From contig CAVOFR010000008.1 in assembly GCA_963695075.1 (NCBI GenBank), positions 471,975-535,974 on the forward strand: 64,000 nt of DNA, in the 5' to 3' direction. Below the pieces are notes generated by a model. The model saw only the letters and a program-made list of their open reading frames with translations, was not told where the DNA came from and searched no databases. The translations under genes were made by a program, and so were the position numbers. This document shows, one piece after another, positions 46,821-55,177 of the stretch. The stretch is from an uncultured Acidimicrobiales bacterium (GTDB lineage Bacteria > Actinomycetota > Acidimicrobiia > Acidimicrobiales > CAWCAL01). Within the stretch, counting starts at the first letter, position 1. Each line of letters opens with the position of its first letter.

Positions 46821-48747
46821 GCGGGCGATCGTCGTCGGCAGCGGTCCGGGCGGCGCCACCGCAGCAATGGTCATGGCCCAGGCTGGATGGAACGTCACCG
46901 TCTACGAGAGAGGGGTCGACCACTTCCAGGATCTCGACCGGCCGATCCCTTCGACCCGGTTCAGCAACGACGAGCTGAAGATGCGGCGAGGGTTCGGCGA
47001 CACCGACTGGGACCTCGACCCGCGAACGTTCCGGGCCGACGCATCGAGCGACGTGCCCCTCGACCTCGGCGCCGTCAACAACGTCCCGCAGACCGTGTCC
47101 GGCGGAACGTCGCAGTGGGACGCCAAGACCCCGCGCTTCTGGGACATGGACTTCCGCAAGCTCAGCATGCTCGGACCCATCGAGGGCGCAGACGTCGTCG
47201 ACTGGCCCTTCGCCTACGAGGACCTCGCCCCCTTCTACGACAGTGTCGAATCGATGCTCGGGGTCGCCGGCGATCGGGAAGCCATGAAGGGCACACCGTC
47301 CGAGACCCACGCGCCCCGGTCCGGTCCCTTCCCTCTACCGCCGGGAACCCCGATGCTCTCCTCGGAGCTGCTCGCCGAGGGATGCCGCCGGGTCGGGCTC
47401 CGACCGTTCCCGTTCCCCGAGGCGATACTCTCCGAGGCCTACGACGGCCGGCCTCCCTGTATCAACTGCGGGTTCTGTTCGGGCTACGGGTGCACCGTCT
47501 TCGACCGGGGCAGTGCACTGGTTCCCCTCCGCCACGGACTCCTCACCGGCAATCTCGAGATCGTGGCGCAGTCGATGGTGACCCGGGTACTCCACCGCGA
47601 CGGCCGGGCCACCGGTGTCGCGGTCGTGGGCCCGGACGGCACCGAACGAACCGAGGAGGCCGATTGGGTGGTGCTCGGTTGCGGGCCGATCGACACGGCG
47701 CGGCTGGCTCTGCTGTCCGAGCTGCCCGACGAGAGCGGGCTCATCGGCCGAGGCCTGATGTTCCACTGGTTCACCGCGGGGTTCGGTATCTGGACCGATG
47801 AGCGCATCCACGCCAACCGGGGCCGGGACACGTCCCAGACATGCGACGACTTCTGCGACCCCGAGTTCGCGGGCGCCAGGGCCGCCGCGGCGGAAGCGGG
47901 CCTGCCGTACTTCCGAGGTGGGGTCCTGGAGTTGGGGGGTACGGAGTCCGTGATCGGCGAGGCACTCCAGTACGTCGATCTCATGGAGATCTTCAGCCCC
48001 GACAAGCCCTTCGGTCGTAGGTTCAAACAGCTCATGCGGGTCTCCGCGCTGCGGGATCGGCTGACCGGCGTGCTGATGATCGCCGAAGACCTAGCCCAGG
48101 TGACGAACACGGTCGACCTCGACCCTTCGGTGACCGACCATTTCGGCCTCCCGGCGGCCCGGATCACATACCGCCCCCACGCCCACGAGCTGGCCGCCCA
48201 GGCGTTCTACCTGCCGCGGGTGACCGAGTTCATCGAGGCTGCTGGGGCAGCCGAGGCCGGAGCGGTTCCGCAGAGCGGCCCCATACCCACGCCGGACGGT
48301 GGCTGGGTGGCGTCACCGCCGGGCAACATCTCACCCGTCGGCAAGCACATCCTCGGCGGGATGCGCATGGGCACCGGCGCCGCCACGAGCGTGACCGATG
48401 CCCACGGGCGAGTCTGGGGCCTCGAGAACCTCTCGGTCTCCGACGGCTCGCTCTTTCCGACGAGCGGGGCCCACAACCCGACGCTCACCATCTTCGCCAC
48501 CGCACTCCGCAACGCCCGGGCCTGGGTGGGCGCCGAGGGCCCACCCGACCTGTCGACGACGACCCCGGTCCCGTCCGGGTCCGGGACCGCTGGCGCGCCG
48601 CCGAGCGACGACGGGGACGGTGGAGTCGCCCGCCCGCTGATGGCCGGCGGAGCGGTGGTCGGCGCCGCGGCCGGCCTCGGGGCGCTGGCGGCGAGACGAC
48701 GGGGCCGGACCGATGATCGGCCCCCCGACGCGGGGCAGACCGACTGA
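46813..48747 (+). CDS. GMC-family FAD-dependent oxidoreductase (large subunit) with C-terminal hydrophobic anchor
   Basis: GTG 46813 overlaps the upstream stop (GTGGCTGA). FAD motif AIVVGSGPGGATAA and GMC C-terminal region HILGGMRMG...NLSVSDGSLFPTSGAHNPTLTI. Extra tail ...PPSDDGDGGVARPLMAGGAVVGAAAGLGALAARRRGR. Confidence 0.85.
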   Translation: MAERAIVVGSGPGGATAAMVMAQAGWNVTVYERGVDHFQDLDRPIPSTRFSNDELKMRRGFGDTDWDLDPRTFRADASSDVPLDLGAVNNVPQTVSGGTSQWDAKTPRFWDMDFRKLSMLGPIEGADVVDWPFAYEDLAPFYDSVESMLGVAGDREAMKGTPSETHAPRSGPFPLPPGTPMLSSELLAEGCRRVGLRPFPFPEAILSEAYDGRPPCINCGFCSGYGCTVFDRGSALVPLRHGLLTGNLEIVAQSMVTRVLHRDGRATGVAVVGPDGTERTEEADWVVLGCGPIDTARLALLSELPDESGLIGRGLMFHWFTAGFGIWTDERIHANRGRDTSQTCDDFCDPEFAGARAAAAEAGLPYFRGGVLELGGTESVIGEALQYVDLMEIFSPDKPFGRRFKQLMRVSALRDRLTGVLMIAEDLAQVTNTVDLDPSVTDHFGLPAARITYRPHAHELAAQAFYLPRVTEFIEAAGAAEAGAVPQSGPIPTPDGGWVASPPGNISPVGKHILGGMRMGTGAATSVTDAHGRVWGLENLSVSDGSLFPTSGAHNPTLTIFATALRNARAWVGAEGPPDLSTTTPVPSGSGTAGAPPSDDGDGGVARPLMAGGAVVGAAAGLGALAARRRGRTDDRPPDAGQTD

Positions 48748-48765
48748 GGGAGCCGCGGGTCGGCG

Positions 48766-49389
48766 TCAGGCTTCGGGCACCAGGTTGGAGAAGGCATCGA
48801 CCCGGTCCCGCTCGATCTGCTCGACGTTGGATCTCCGCCCTCCCTTGGCGACGTAGTCCCCGGCGAATTCGGCCCGGACCTCGCCCGTCTCGTCCAAGAG
48901 CCAGTCGGGGGCCATGCGGCGCGGGACGGTGACCACGCCCGGCTCGTCGTAGGTCCGCATCAGGCGATCCCAGATCGGCGTGGTCACCCCGAAGTTCCGC
49001 ATGGGCGCACCGAAGTGGTGATGGAGGTGGCTCCGTCGGGCCCACCGGCCGTAACGGCCGCGGGGCGGGTGGGTGTGGGTCCGCCGGTGCGCCACCTCGT
49101 AGACGTAGTAGGTACCGATCATCCCGACGGTGAATGCGACGGCCCACCGATGGCCTGCCACGGCCCTGGTGGCCGGGTAGGCCACAGCGGTGGTGCCCGC
49201 GGCCGAGGCGGCCTTCGCTGACGCCGGCGCGAAGTACGTGACGTCGGCGTGATGCTTCAGATGCTCGACCGAGGCCATCCCCCGACCTCGCATCTCGTGC
49301 ATCGCGAAGCGATGCAGGCCGTATTCGGCTCCCGTCCACGACATCGCACCGACGATCGCCGCGGTCAGGGGTGATCGGAGGATTCTCAT
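48766..49389 (-). CDS. fatty-acid hydroxylase / sterol desaturase superfamily protein (carotene-hydroxylase-sized)
   Basis: MRILRSPL... 207 aa with four His boxes: HRFAMHE, HLKHH, HRRTHTH, HLHHH. ATGA overlap with the upstream gene. Confidence 0.75.
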   Translation of the reverse strand: MRILRSPLTAAIVGAMSWTGAEYGLHRFAMHEMRGRGMASVEHLKHHADVTYFAPASAKAASAAGTTAVAYPATRAVAGHRWAVAFTVGMIGTYYVYEVAHRRTHTHPPRGRYGRWARRSHLHHHFGAPMRNFGVTTPIWDRLMRTYDEPGVVTVPRRMAPDWLLDETGEVRAEFAGDYVAKGGRRSNVEQIERDRVDAFSNLVPEA

Positions 49390-50420
49390 GGGAAGTCCAG
49401 TGTACGGCCCGGCAGGGTCCCGATCTCCAAACCGGCCAGCTCGGACGTCCCGTCGAACAGAAGGCGGCCGCGCTCGCGCACGACGCAGTGCATCCGACCG
49501 GCCAGATGCTCGAAGTCGGTGTCGACGTTGCGCCGCTCGGCGGGTAGCGGGACAGGCAGCACGTGGTGATCCAACTCGGTGCCGTCGCCCTCGATCTCGA
49601 TCTGAAAGCGCAGCGACCGGGCTCGAACGCTCCACCGTCCTGGACTCAGCTCGGAACGCACGGGTGACGGTGGCGTGATTCGGATCACCCGGTCGCCGAG
49701 GCGGACGACCACACCGCAGACGTCTCGACCCACAGGCCCCAGCCGCAGCGAACCGCCCGAGAAAGCGACCGACACGTCCGCACCGTCGAAGTCGTGGGCC
49801 TGACCCCACCACCAGCGGTCCGGAAACCCGGCTCCCCAGTTCCTCTCGGCATAGACGTTCGCCCCATCGAGCGGCCACCGGTCGTCGACGACGACGATCG
49901 CGCCGCTCGCGCTGCCGCCGAGGCGGTGCGGGTGCCAGTACTGGTTCAGGAACGGGACCGCCGAGAACACCCCGCCACCGCCGAAGGCCCTCGGCCAGGC
50001 AAACGAGTCCGTGAAGCTCAGGTCGAGATGGATCTCCTCGAGGTCGACCCGGACCCGATCGGGAGTGGCCTCGATACCGGCTTCGGGCAGCGTTCCGGCT
50101 CGCAGCATGAATCGGGTCCGGTCGCCGTGGGCATCGTCGAGGGCCGCGGCCCGGACGATCCCCCCGGGGTGCGCGGCGACGGCGACCGTCGCCCAGTCTC
50201 CGTCGGGGTGTCGGTTCAGCCCGCAGAGGGCCACCACGACCCGGCCCGAGGACGGATCGGTCACCCGCCAGAACCAGCCCTCCATCTCGGTGCCGTGGGA
50301 AGGGAGTGAGTCGCCGTACGGGAGGTCCGCGCCGGTCCGCCGAAACGCCGTCACCAGCCGTGTCCGAGCCGTCGCCGCGGCCCGGCGCAACCGGTTCGGT
50401 CGGTCGATCGCGTTCGACAT
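49386..50420 (-). CDS. tocopherol-cyclase-like family protein
   Basis: MEGWFWRVTD (compare FEGWYFRV) and YAERNWGAGFPDRWWWGQA (compare EKNWGxxFPxKWFWxQ) match motifs I recall from VTE1/SXD1-type tocopherol cyclases. Start at ATG 50420, preceded by GAAGGGGG. Confidence 0.6.
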   Translation of the reverse strand: MSNAIDRPNRLRRAAATARTRLVTAFRRTGADLPYGDSLPSHGTEMEGWFWRVTDPSSGRVVVALCGLNRHPDGDWATVAVAAHPGGIVRAAALDDAHGDRTRFMLRAGTLPEAGIEATPDRVRVDLEEIHLDLSFTDSFAWPRAFGGGGVFSAVPFLNQYWHPHRLGGSASGAIVVVDDRWPLDGANVYAERNWGAGFPDRWWWGQAHDFDGADVSVAFSGGSLRLGPVGRDVCGVVVRLGDRVIRITPPSPVRSELSPGRWSVRARSLRFQIEIEGDGTELDHHVLPVPLPAERRNVDTDFEHLAGRMHCVVRERGRLLFDGTSELAGLEIGTLPGRTLDFP

Positions 50421-50610
50421 GCGCCCCCTTCGACGGCTCGGCAATCGCACGGTACCCCGAGGACGGTCCGTGACAAGCACCAGCGCACCCGGCCCTGAGT
50501 AGTCGCCCACCTCCCGGGCCGGACGCGGCCGGCGTCACGGGCGACCGGGTGGCCACGCGTTGTGACCTTCCGCCCTGGCGAGATCCTCGCCAGGGCGGGA
50601 CGGTGTCGGT

Positions 50611-51561
50611 ATGCGAAGAACCGCGTTGACCGCCGTAGTGTCGGCTGAGGTCGTCGCGTGGTTGCTCGACGGTGACGCCGCGATCCGCTGGCAGGTCGAG
50701 CGCGACCTCCTCGATGCGACCCCGGGCGAGATCACAGCTGACCGGTCGCTCGTGGCGACCACGGGCTGGGGCCGGGACCTCCTCAGCCGGCAGGACGCCG
50801 ACGGCACCTGGGGCGGAGGCCTGTACGGACCGAAGTGGATCTCGACCACCTACACCCTCACCCTGCTCCGGCGCTGCGGGCTCGACCCTGCCAACGCTGC
50901 TGCACGACGGGGCGTCGAGCTCCTGTGGGACGGCGCCCGCTATTTCGATGGTGGCCTCACCGCCGCCTCGTCCATCGACGCTCCCGAAGCCTGCATCACC
51001 TCGATGTACGTGACACTGGCGAGCTACTTCGGCTACGTGGACCCCCGGGTCGACACCGCGCTGGGGTGGCTGCTCGACAATCAGCTGGCCGACGGCGGCT
51101 GGAACTGCCGGAACGTCCGCTTCGGTGACCGCCACAGTTCGTTCCACACCTCGATCTCGGCCCTCGAGGCCCTCGCCGAAGCCGAACGGGCCGACCCCGC
51201 TGACGGCGACCTTCCGGCCGCGCTGGCACGAGGCCGGGAGTTCTTCCTGGATCACCACCTCTACCGGTCCCACCGCGACGGTTCCGTCGTCGACCCGGTC
51301 TTCACCAAGCTCTCCTTTCCCCCGCGGTGGCACTACGACATCCTCCGCGGTCTCGACCATTTCGCCCTGACCGGGGCCCCTTGGGACGAACGGTTCCGCG
51401 ACGCTCTCGACGTCCTCGCCGGACGGCAGCGCAAGGACGGCACCTGGCCTGTGCAGCACAAGCACACCGGCCAGGTCTGGTTCGACATGGAACGAACCGG
51501 CGGACCGAGCCGCTGGAACACGTTGCGGGCGCTGCGGGTCCTTTCCTGGGCGCCGCCGTAG
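50611..51561 (+). CDS. prenyltransferase/squalene-oxidase-repeat (alpha-alpha toroid, terpene-cyclase-like) protein
   Basis: Repeated QxxDGxW-type motifs: RQDADGTWGG, NQLADGGWNC, RQRKDGTWPV. Confidence 0.6.
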   Translation: MRRTALTAVVSAEVVAWLLDGDAAIRWQVERDLLDATPGEITADRSLVATTGWGRDLLSRQDADGTWGGGLYGPKWISTTYTLTLLRRCGLDPANAAARRGVELLWDGARYFDGGLTAASSIDAPEACITSMYVTLASYFGYVDPRVDTALGWLLDNQLADGGWNCRNVRFGDRHSSFHTSISALEALAEAERADPADGDLPAALARGREFFLDHHLYRSHRDGSVVDPVFTKLSFPPRWHYDILRGLDHFALTGAPWDERFRDALDVLAGRQRKDGTWPVQHKHTGQVWFDMERTGGPSRWNTLRALRVLSWAPP

Positions 51562-53292
51562 TCAGCCGCTGCCGGCCGCGATGACCGCCCGGTTGCGGTC
51601 GGCCACCTGTTGCGCGTCGACCTTGACGATCTTGCGGTCGTAGGTGAGCAGACCGTTGACCTCCCGCTCGACGTCGGTCAGCTGCGTGTAGATCGAGGCG
51701 GCCAACCCCTTCGGGATGCGGGCCCGCACCTCCTCCATCAACTCCAGGTACCGGCGGGTCAGGTCGCGCTCGCTGCGCGACTTCCTGTACCCCCAGTTCC
51801 GTTTTGTCGCCCACGTGTGTCCGTCGACCTCGAGGCCGATGCCCCCGTATTCGGAGCATGCCACCGCCCGCTGGTCGTCCGGTTTCGGGCGGGCGGGACC
51901 CGGATAGCGGTGAGCGCTGCGGATGTCACCGACACCACGGTCGATCCATCCCGACGCCGAGTCGATGGGGCGGGAGGAGTCGAGCCGCCTGATGCGGTCG
52001 GTGATGCGGGCGGTGTCCCATTGCCCCCAGGCCTCGTTGAACGGCACCCAGACCACCACGCTCGGCACGTCTCGAAGATGGTCGACGATCTCGTCGAGCT
52101 CCTCCTCGAACCACCGACGCCACTTCGCTGTCCTGTAGGGGAAGATGCCTGGATTGGGGATGTCCTGCCACACCAGGAGACCGAGTCGATCGCAGTGGTC
52201 GTACCACCGGGCCGGCTCGACCTTGATGTGCTTGCGGGTGGCGTTGAAACCAAGCTCCCTGGTGATCTCGATGTCGTGACGGAGCGCCTCGTCGGTGGGA
52301 GCGGTGTACAGGCCGTCGGGCCACCAGCCCTGGTCGAGCGGCCCATGGTGGAAGACGGGCTCGCCGTTCAAGAGCAACCGCAGATCACCTCGGGCGTCAC
52401 GGCCCACCGCGGTCGAACGCAGCGCGGCATGAGAGCGAACGGTGTCGATGGGCTCTACCGCCCCGTCGGGCACTGCCACATGGTTCAGCCGCACCCGGAG
52501 GTCGTAGAGGTGGGGGTCGGTGGGAGTCCAGGGCCGGGGTGCCGGAAGGTCGGCCCACAGCCTCTGCCCGACCGGCCCGGAGACCTCGGCGACCGGTCGG
52601 TCTCCCGACCGGATCTCGATCGTGCCGATGATGTCGTCACCGCCAGCGGACGCGCCACCATCGACCGACACCGTCAACCCGAGGGCACCCCGCTCGACAT
52701 CCGGGGCGAGGTGTACGGCCTGGATTGACGTTGCAGGAACGGGTTCGAGCCAGACCGTCTGCCAGATCCCCGATACCGCCGTGTAGAAGACCAGCTTGGG
52801 TCGCAGCGTCTGCTTGCCCCGGGCCTGCCGCCCGCGGTTTGTGGGATCGGCCACGATGATGACCAGCTCGTTGTCGCCATCCGACTTCGCCTCGGTGAGT
52901 TCGACGGTGAAAGGGGTGAAACCGCCTCGATGTTCGCCCACCCGCGTGCCGTTGCACCGGACGATCGTGTGCCAGTCGGCCGCGAGATGCAGCAGCAGGC
53001 GCTGGCCGGCCCAGGATCGGGGGGTCGTGAAGGTCCGGCGGTACCAGAGCCGTTCGTCCGGCCCGAGACGGCGAGCGACGCCCGACAGCGACGATTCGAC
53101 CGGGAACGGCACGACTATCCGGCCGTCCCAACGGCTCGGTCGACCCTCGCCGCGCCGTCGGATGGCGTAGTCCCAGCACCCGTTCAAGCTCTCCCACTCG
53201 TCACGCACCAGTTGCGGTCGCGGGTACTCGGGAAGCGGGTGGTCGGAGTCGACCTGCCCGGACCATCGCGTGGCCAGGCGCCTCGAACTCAT
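51562..53292 (-). CDS. glycoside hydrolase family 2 (beta-galactosidase/glucuronidase/mannosidase-like)
   Basis: MSSRRLATRW... sugar-binding domain (LHLAADWHTIVRCNGTRVGEHRGGFTPF), TIM barrel with NATRKH and the acid/base residue in VPFNEAWGQ. ATGA overlap with the GH27 stop. Its stop abuts the stop of the convergent gene with no gap. Confidence 0.85.
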   Translation of the reverse strand: MSSRRLATRWSGQVDSDHPLPEYPRPQLVRDEWESLNGCWDYAIRRRGEGRPSRWDGRIVVPFPVESSLSGVARRLGPDERLWYRRTFTTPRSWAGQRLLLHLAADWHTIVRCNGTRVGEHRGGFTPFTVELTEAKSDGDNELVIIVADPTNRGRQARGKQTLRPKLVFYTAVSGIWQTVWLEPVPATSIQAVHLAPDVERGALGLTVSVDGGASAGGDDIIGTIEIRSGDRPVAEVSGPVGQRLWADLPAPRPWTPTDPHLYDLRVRLNHVAVPDGAVEPIDTVRSHAALRSTAVGRDARGDLRLLLNGEPVFHHGPLDQGWWPDGLYTAPTDEALRHDIEITRELGFNATRKHIKVEPARWYDHCDRLGLLVWQDIPNPGIFPYRTAKWRRWFEEELDEIVDHLRDVPSVVVWVPFNEAWGQWDTARITDRIRRLDSSRPIDSASGWIDRGVGDIRSAHRYPGPARPKPDDQRAVACSEYGGIGLEVDGHTWATKRNWGYRKSRSERDLTRRYLELMEEVRARIPKGLAASIYTQLTDVEREVNGLLTYDRKIVKVDAQQVADRNRAVIAAGSG

Positions 53293-54725
53293 CGCTCGGA
53301 GGGGCCCAGGACGAACACCCTGGTCTCGTCCGGGTCGAGCGAGACGTCGATGGTGTCGAGCCGGCCCAGCGAGGCCATGGCCCAGGCATCGGTGACCTCG
53401 GTCTCGCCGGCCAGGCCGATCGACGACAGCCGCAAGGACCGGCGCGCCCTCCAGCCCCGCATGTTGCTGAACGACACCGCCTGACGGGCGTGGTCGAGCG
53501 GCTTGCGCAGCACCCACACCCCTCTGTGACGGCTGACCACCCTGGCCTGATGACCGAGAGGATCCTGATTGATCGCGAGGATCTCCGGGTTCATGAGCAT
53601 CCGCCGGTCGATCGCGAGCATTTCCACCGGGTCGCTGCTCGCCAGCAGCGGTGCGGCCATCATCACCCAGAGGCTCATGTGGGTGGCAGCTTGGACATCG
53701 GAGAGACCTCGAAGCGGGATGCGCCTGGACTTCGTCACCGGCAACGAGCTCGCGACGCGACCCTTTCCCCGGTTGCCGATGACCAGCATGTCGGGGTCGT
53801 TCCACTGCCCGGGCGCGGCGTGCTCGGCGAGGGCCAGGTTGCGTCGGGCGATGCCGCGGACGCCCCAGAAGCTCCAACTGAACGAGTCGAAGATGTCCGG
53901 CGTCGTTCGCCACATCGAGGCACCGACGGCGGGAGCCCACTCCCAGGGTCGGCGCATTCCCCATTCGCAGACGCTGAACAGGATCGACCGGTCGCAGGCC
54001 GCGAGGGCGTCGGCCATGGCCGAGTAGCGGGCGATCGCCGTCCGTTGGTCGCGTGGGGCGTGGCAGTAGTCGTACTTCAGGAGGTCGACACCCCAGTCGG
54101 CGTAGGCCCTGGCGTCGATCTCCTCGTGGAGGTACCCGCCGTAGCAGCCTCCGCAGGTCTTCTCGGCGGCATCGGAGTAGATGCCGAGCTTCAGCCCGCG
54201 ATCGTGGACGTAGTCGGCGACCGCCGCGATCCCGTCGGGAAACTTGGTCGTATCCGCCCGCGGCTCGCCGTCGGGCCCCCTACGTTCCGCATGCCAGTGG
54301 TCGTCGATGTTGACGTAGCTGTATCCGAGGTCGCGCATTCCACTCGACACCAGACCGTCCGCGACCCTCTTGACGATCTCGGCATCGACCTCGGGACCGT
54401 ACACATTCCAGCTGTTCCAGCCCATGGGGGGCGTGAGCGCCAGCCGGTCACCGAAGACGAACTCGACCGACCGGGTGACCGACCCGACCGGATTGGTGAC
54501 CGTCACCTCGACCGACAGGGTGCCCTCCCCCGCCGGTGCCGTCCCGCGCACGATACCGGTCGTCGGGTCGAGCGCGACGCCCGCCGGCAGGCCGACCGCG
54601 GTGAAGGCGAGCGGACGCTCGCCGGTCGCCGCCAGCGTGTGGATCAACTCGGTTCCCGGCCGACAACCGACCCGCTCCGCACCGTGGAGGCGCGGCGCGC
54701 CCTCGTCGACCCGGTAGGTCGCCAT
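53289..54725 (-). CDS. GH27 alpha-galactosidase with N-terminal Ig-like domain
   Basis: ATG 54725 (MATYRVDEG...). PPMGWNSWN, YVNIDDHW, LGIYSD and LKYDYC are the GH27 catalytic-domain motifs. Confidence 0.9.
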   Translation of the reverse strand: MATYRVDEGAPRLHGAERVGCRPGTELIHTLAATGERPLAFTAVGLPAGVALDPTTGIVRGTAPAGEGTLSVEVTVTNPVGSVTRSVEFVFGDRLALTPPMGWNSWNVYGPEVDAEIVKRVADGLVSSGMRDLGYSYVNIDDHWHAERRGPDGEPRADTTKFPDGIAAVADYVHDRGLKLGIYSDAAEKTCGGCYGGYLHEEIDARAYADWGVDLLKYDYCHAPRDQRTAIARYSAMADALAACDRSILFSVCEWGMRRPWEWAPAVGASMWRTTPDIFDSFSWSFWGVRGIARRNLALAEHAAPGQWNDPDMLVIGNRGKGRVASSLPVTKSRRIPLRGLSDVQAATHMSLWVMMAAPLLASSDPVEMLAIDRRMLMNPEILAINQDPLGHQARVVSRHRGVWVLRKPLDHARQAVSFSNMRGWRARRSLRLSSIGLAGETEVTDAWAMASLGRLDTIDVSLDPDETRVFVLGPSER

Positions 54726-54775
54726 CGGCGGCGCGCCGCCCGCTGACACCGTCAGGCCGGCCGGGTGGCGACGGC

Positions 54776-54818
54776 GGGAAAACGACGAACGCCACCGACC
54801 TCGAGGGTCGGTGGCGTT
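54776..54818 (-). terminator. rho-independent terminator of cspA
   Basis: Perfect 13-bp stem AACGCCACCGACC-tcgag-GGTCGGTGGCGTT at 54788..54818, 17 nt downstream of the cspA stop. On the coding strand it is followed by CGTCGTTTTCCC. Confidence 0.65.
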
Positions 54819-54834
54819 CAGCGAAACCGTCTGA

Positions 54835-55032
54835 TCAGACGACTTTGACGTTCTGGGCTTCCTCGCCCTTCCGGCCCGGCGCGACGTCGAACTCGACAGT
54901 CTGACCTTCGTCGAGGGACTTGTAGCCCTCACCGATGATGTTGGAATAGTGGACGAAAACATCGTCCGCACCCTCGCGCGAAATGAAGCCGAAGCCCTTC
55001 TCGCTGTTGAAAAACTTGACGGTTCCTTGCAT
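54835..55032 (-). CDS. cspA: cold-shock protein (CspA family)
   Basis: [32 protein letters not shown]... RNP1 is KGFGFI and RNP2 is VFVHY; 65 aa. Confidence 0.95.
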   Translation of the reverse strand: MQGTVKFFNSEKGFGFISREGADDVFVHYSNIIGEGYKSLDEGQTVEFDVAPGRKGEEAQNVKVV

Positions 55033-55121
55033 ATGTACTCTTTCGGTTCGGCCACGACCTCGCGTCGGACTCGGACGTCACCCTAGGCGATAGCGGCGCG
55101 GTTCCCCCCAATAACCGATTT

Positions 55122-55151
55122 CGATCGCTCCGGGAAGGGTCTGAGCGATCG
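55122..55151 (-). terminator. 9-bp stem hairpin between the GT4 gene stop and cspA (terminator and/or cspA 5' leader element)
   Basis: CGATCGCTC-(12 nt)-GAGCGATCG, 27 nt downstream of the stop at 55178, inside the ~145-nt region upstream of cspA. Confidence 0.3.
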
Positions 55152-55177
55152 GGACGAGTCGGCCCCTTCGTCCGGTA

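Noticed and set aside
48766-51465. 899-aa minus-strand ORF spanning the hydroxylase, tocopherol-cyclase-like and toroid-repeat genes
   Set aside because: Only its C-terminal 207 aa (the His-box hydroxylase, 48766..49389) look like protein. Upstream it runs out of frame through 49386..50420 and antisense through 50611..51561, with R/P/G-rich low-complexity translation.
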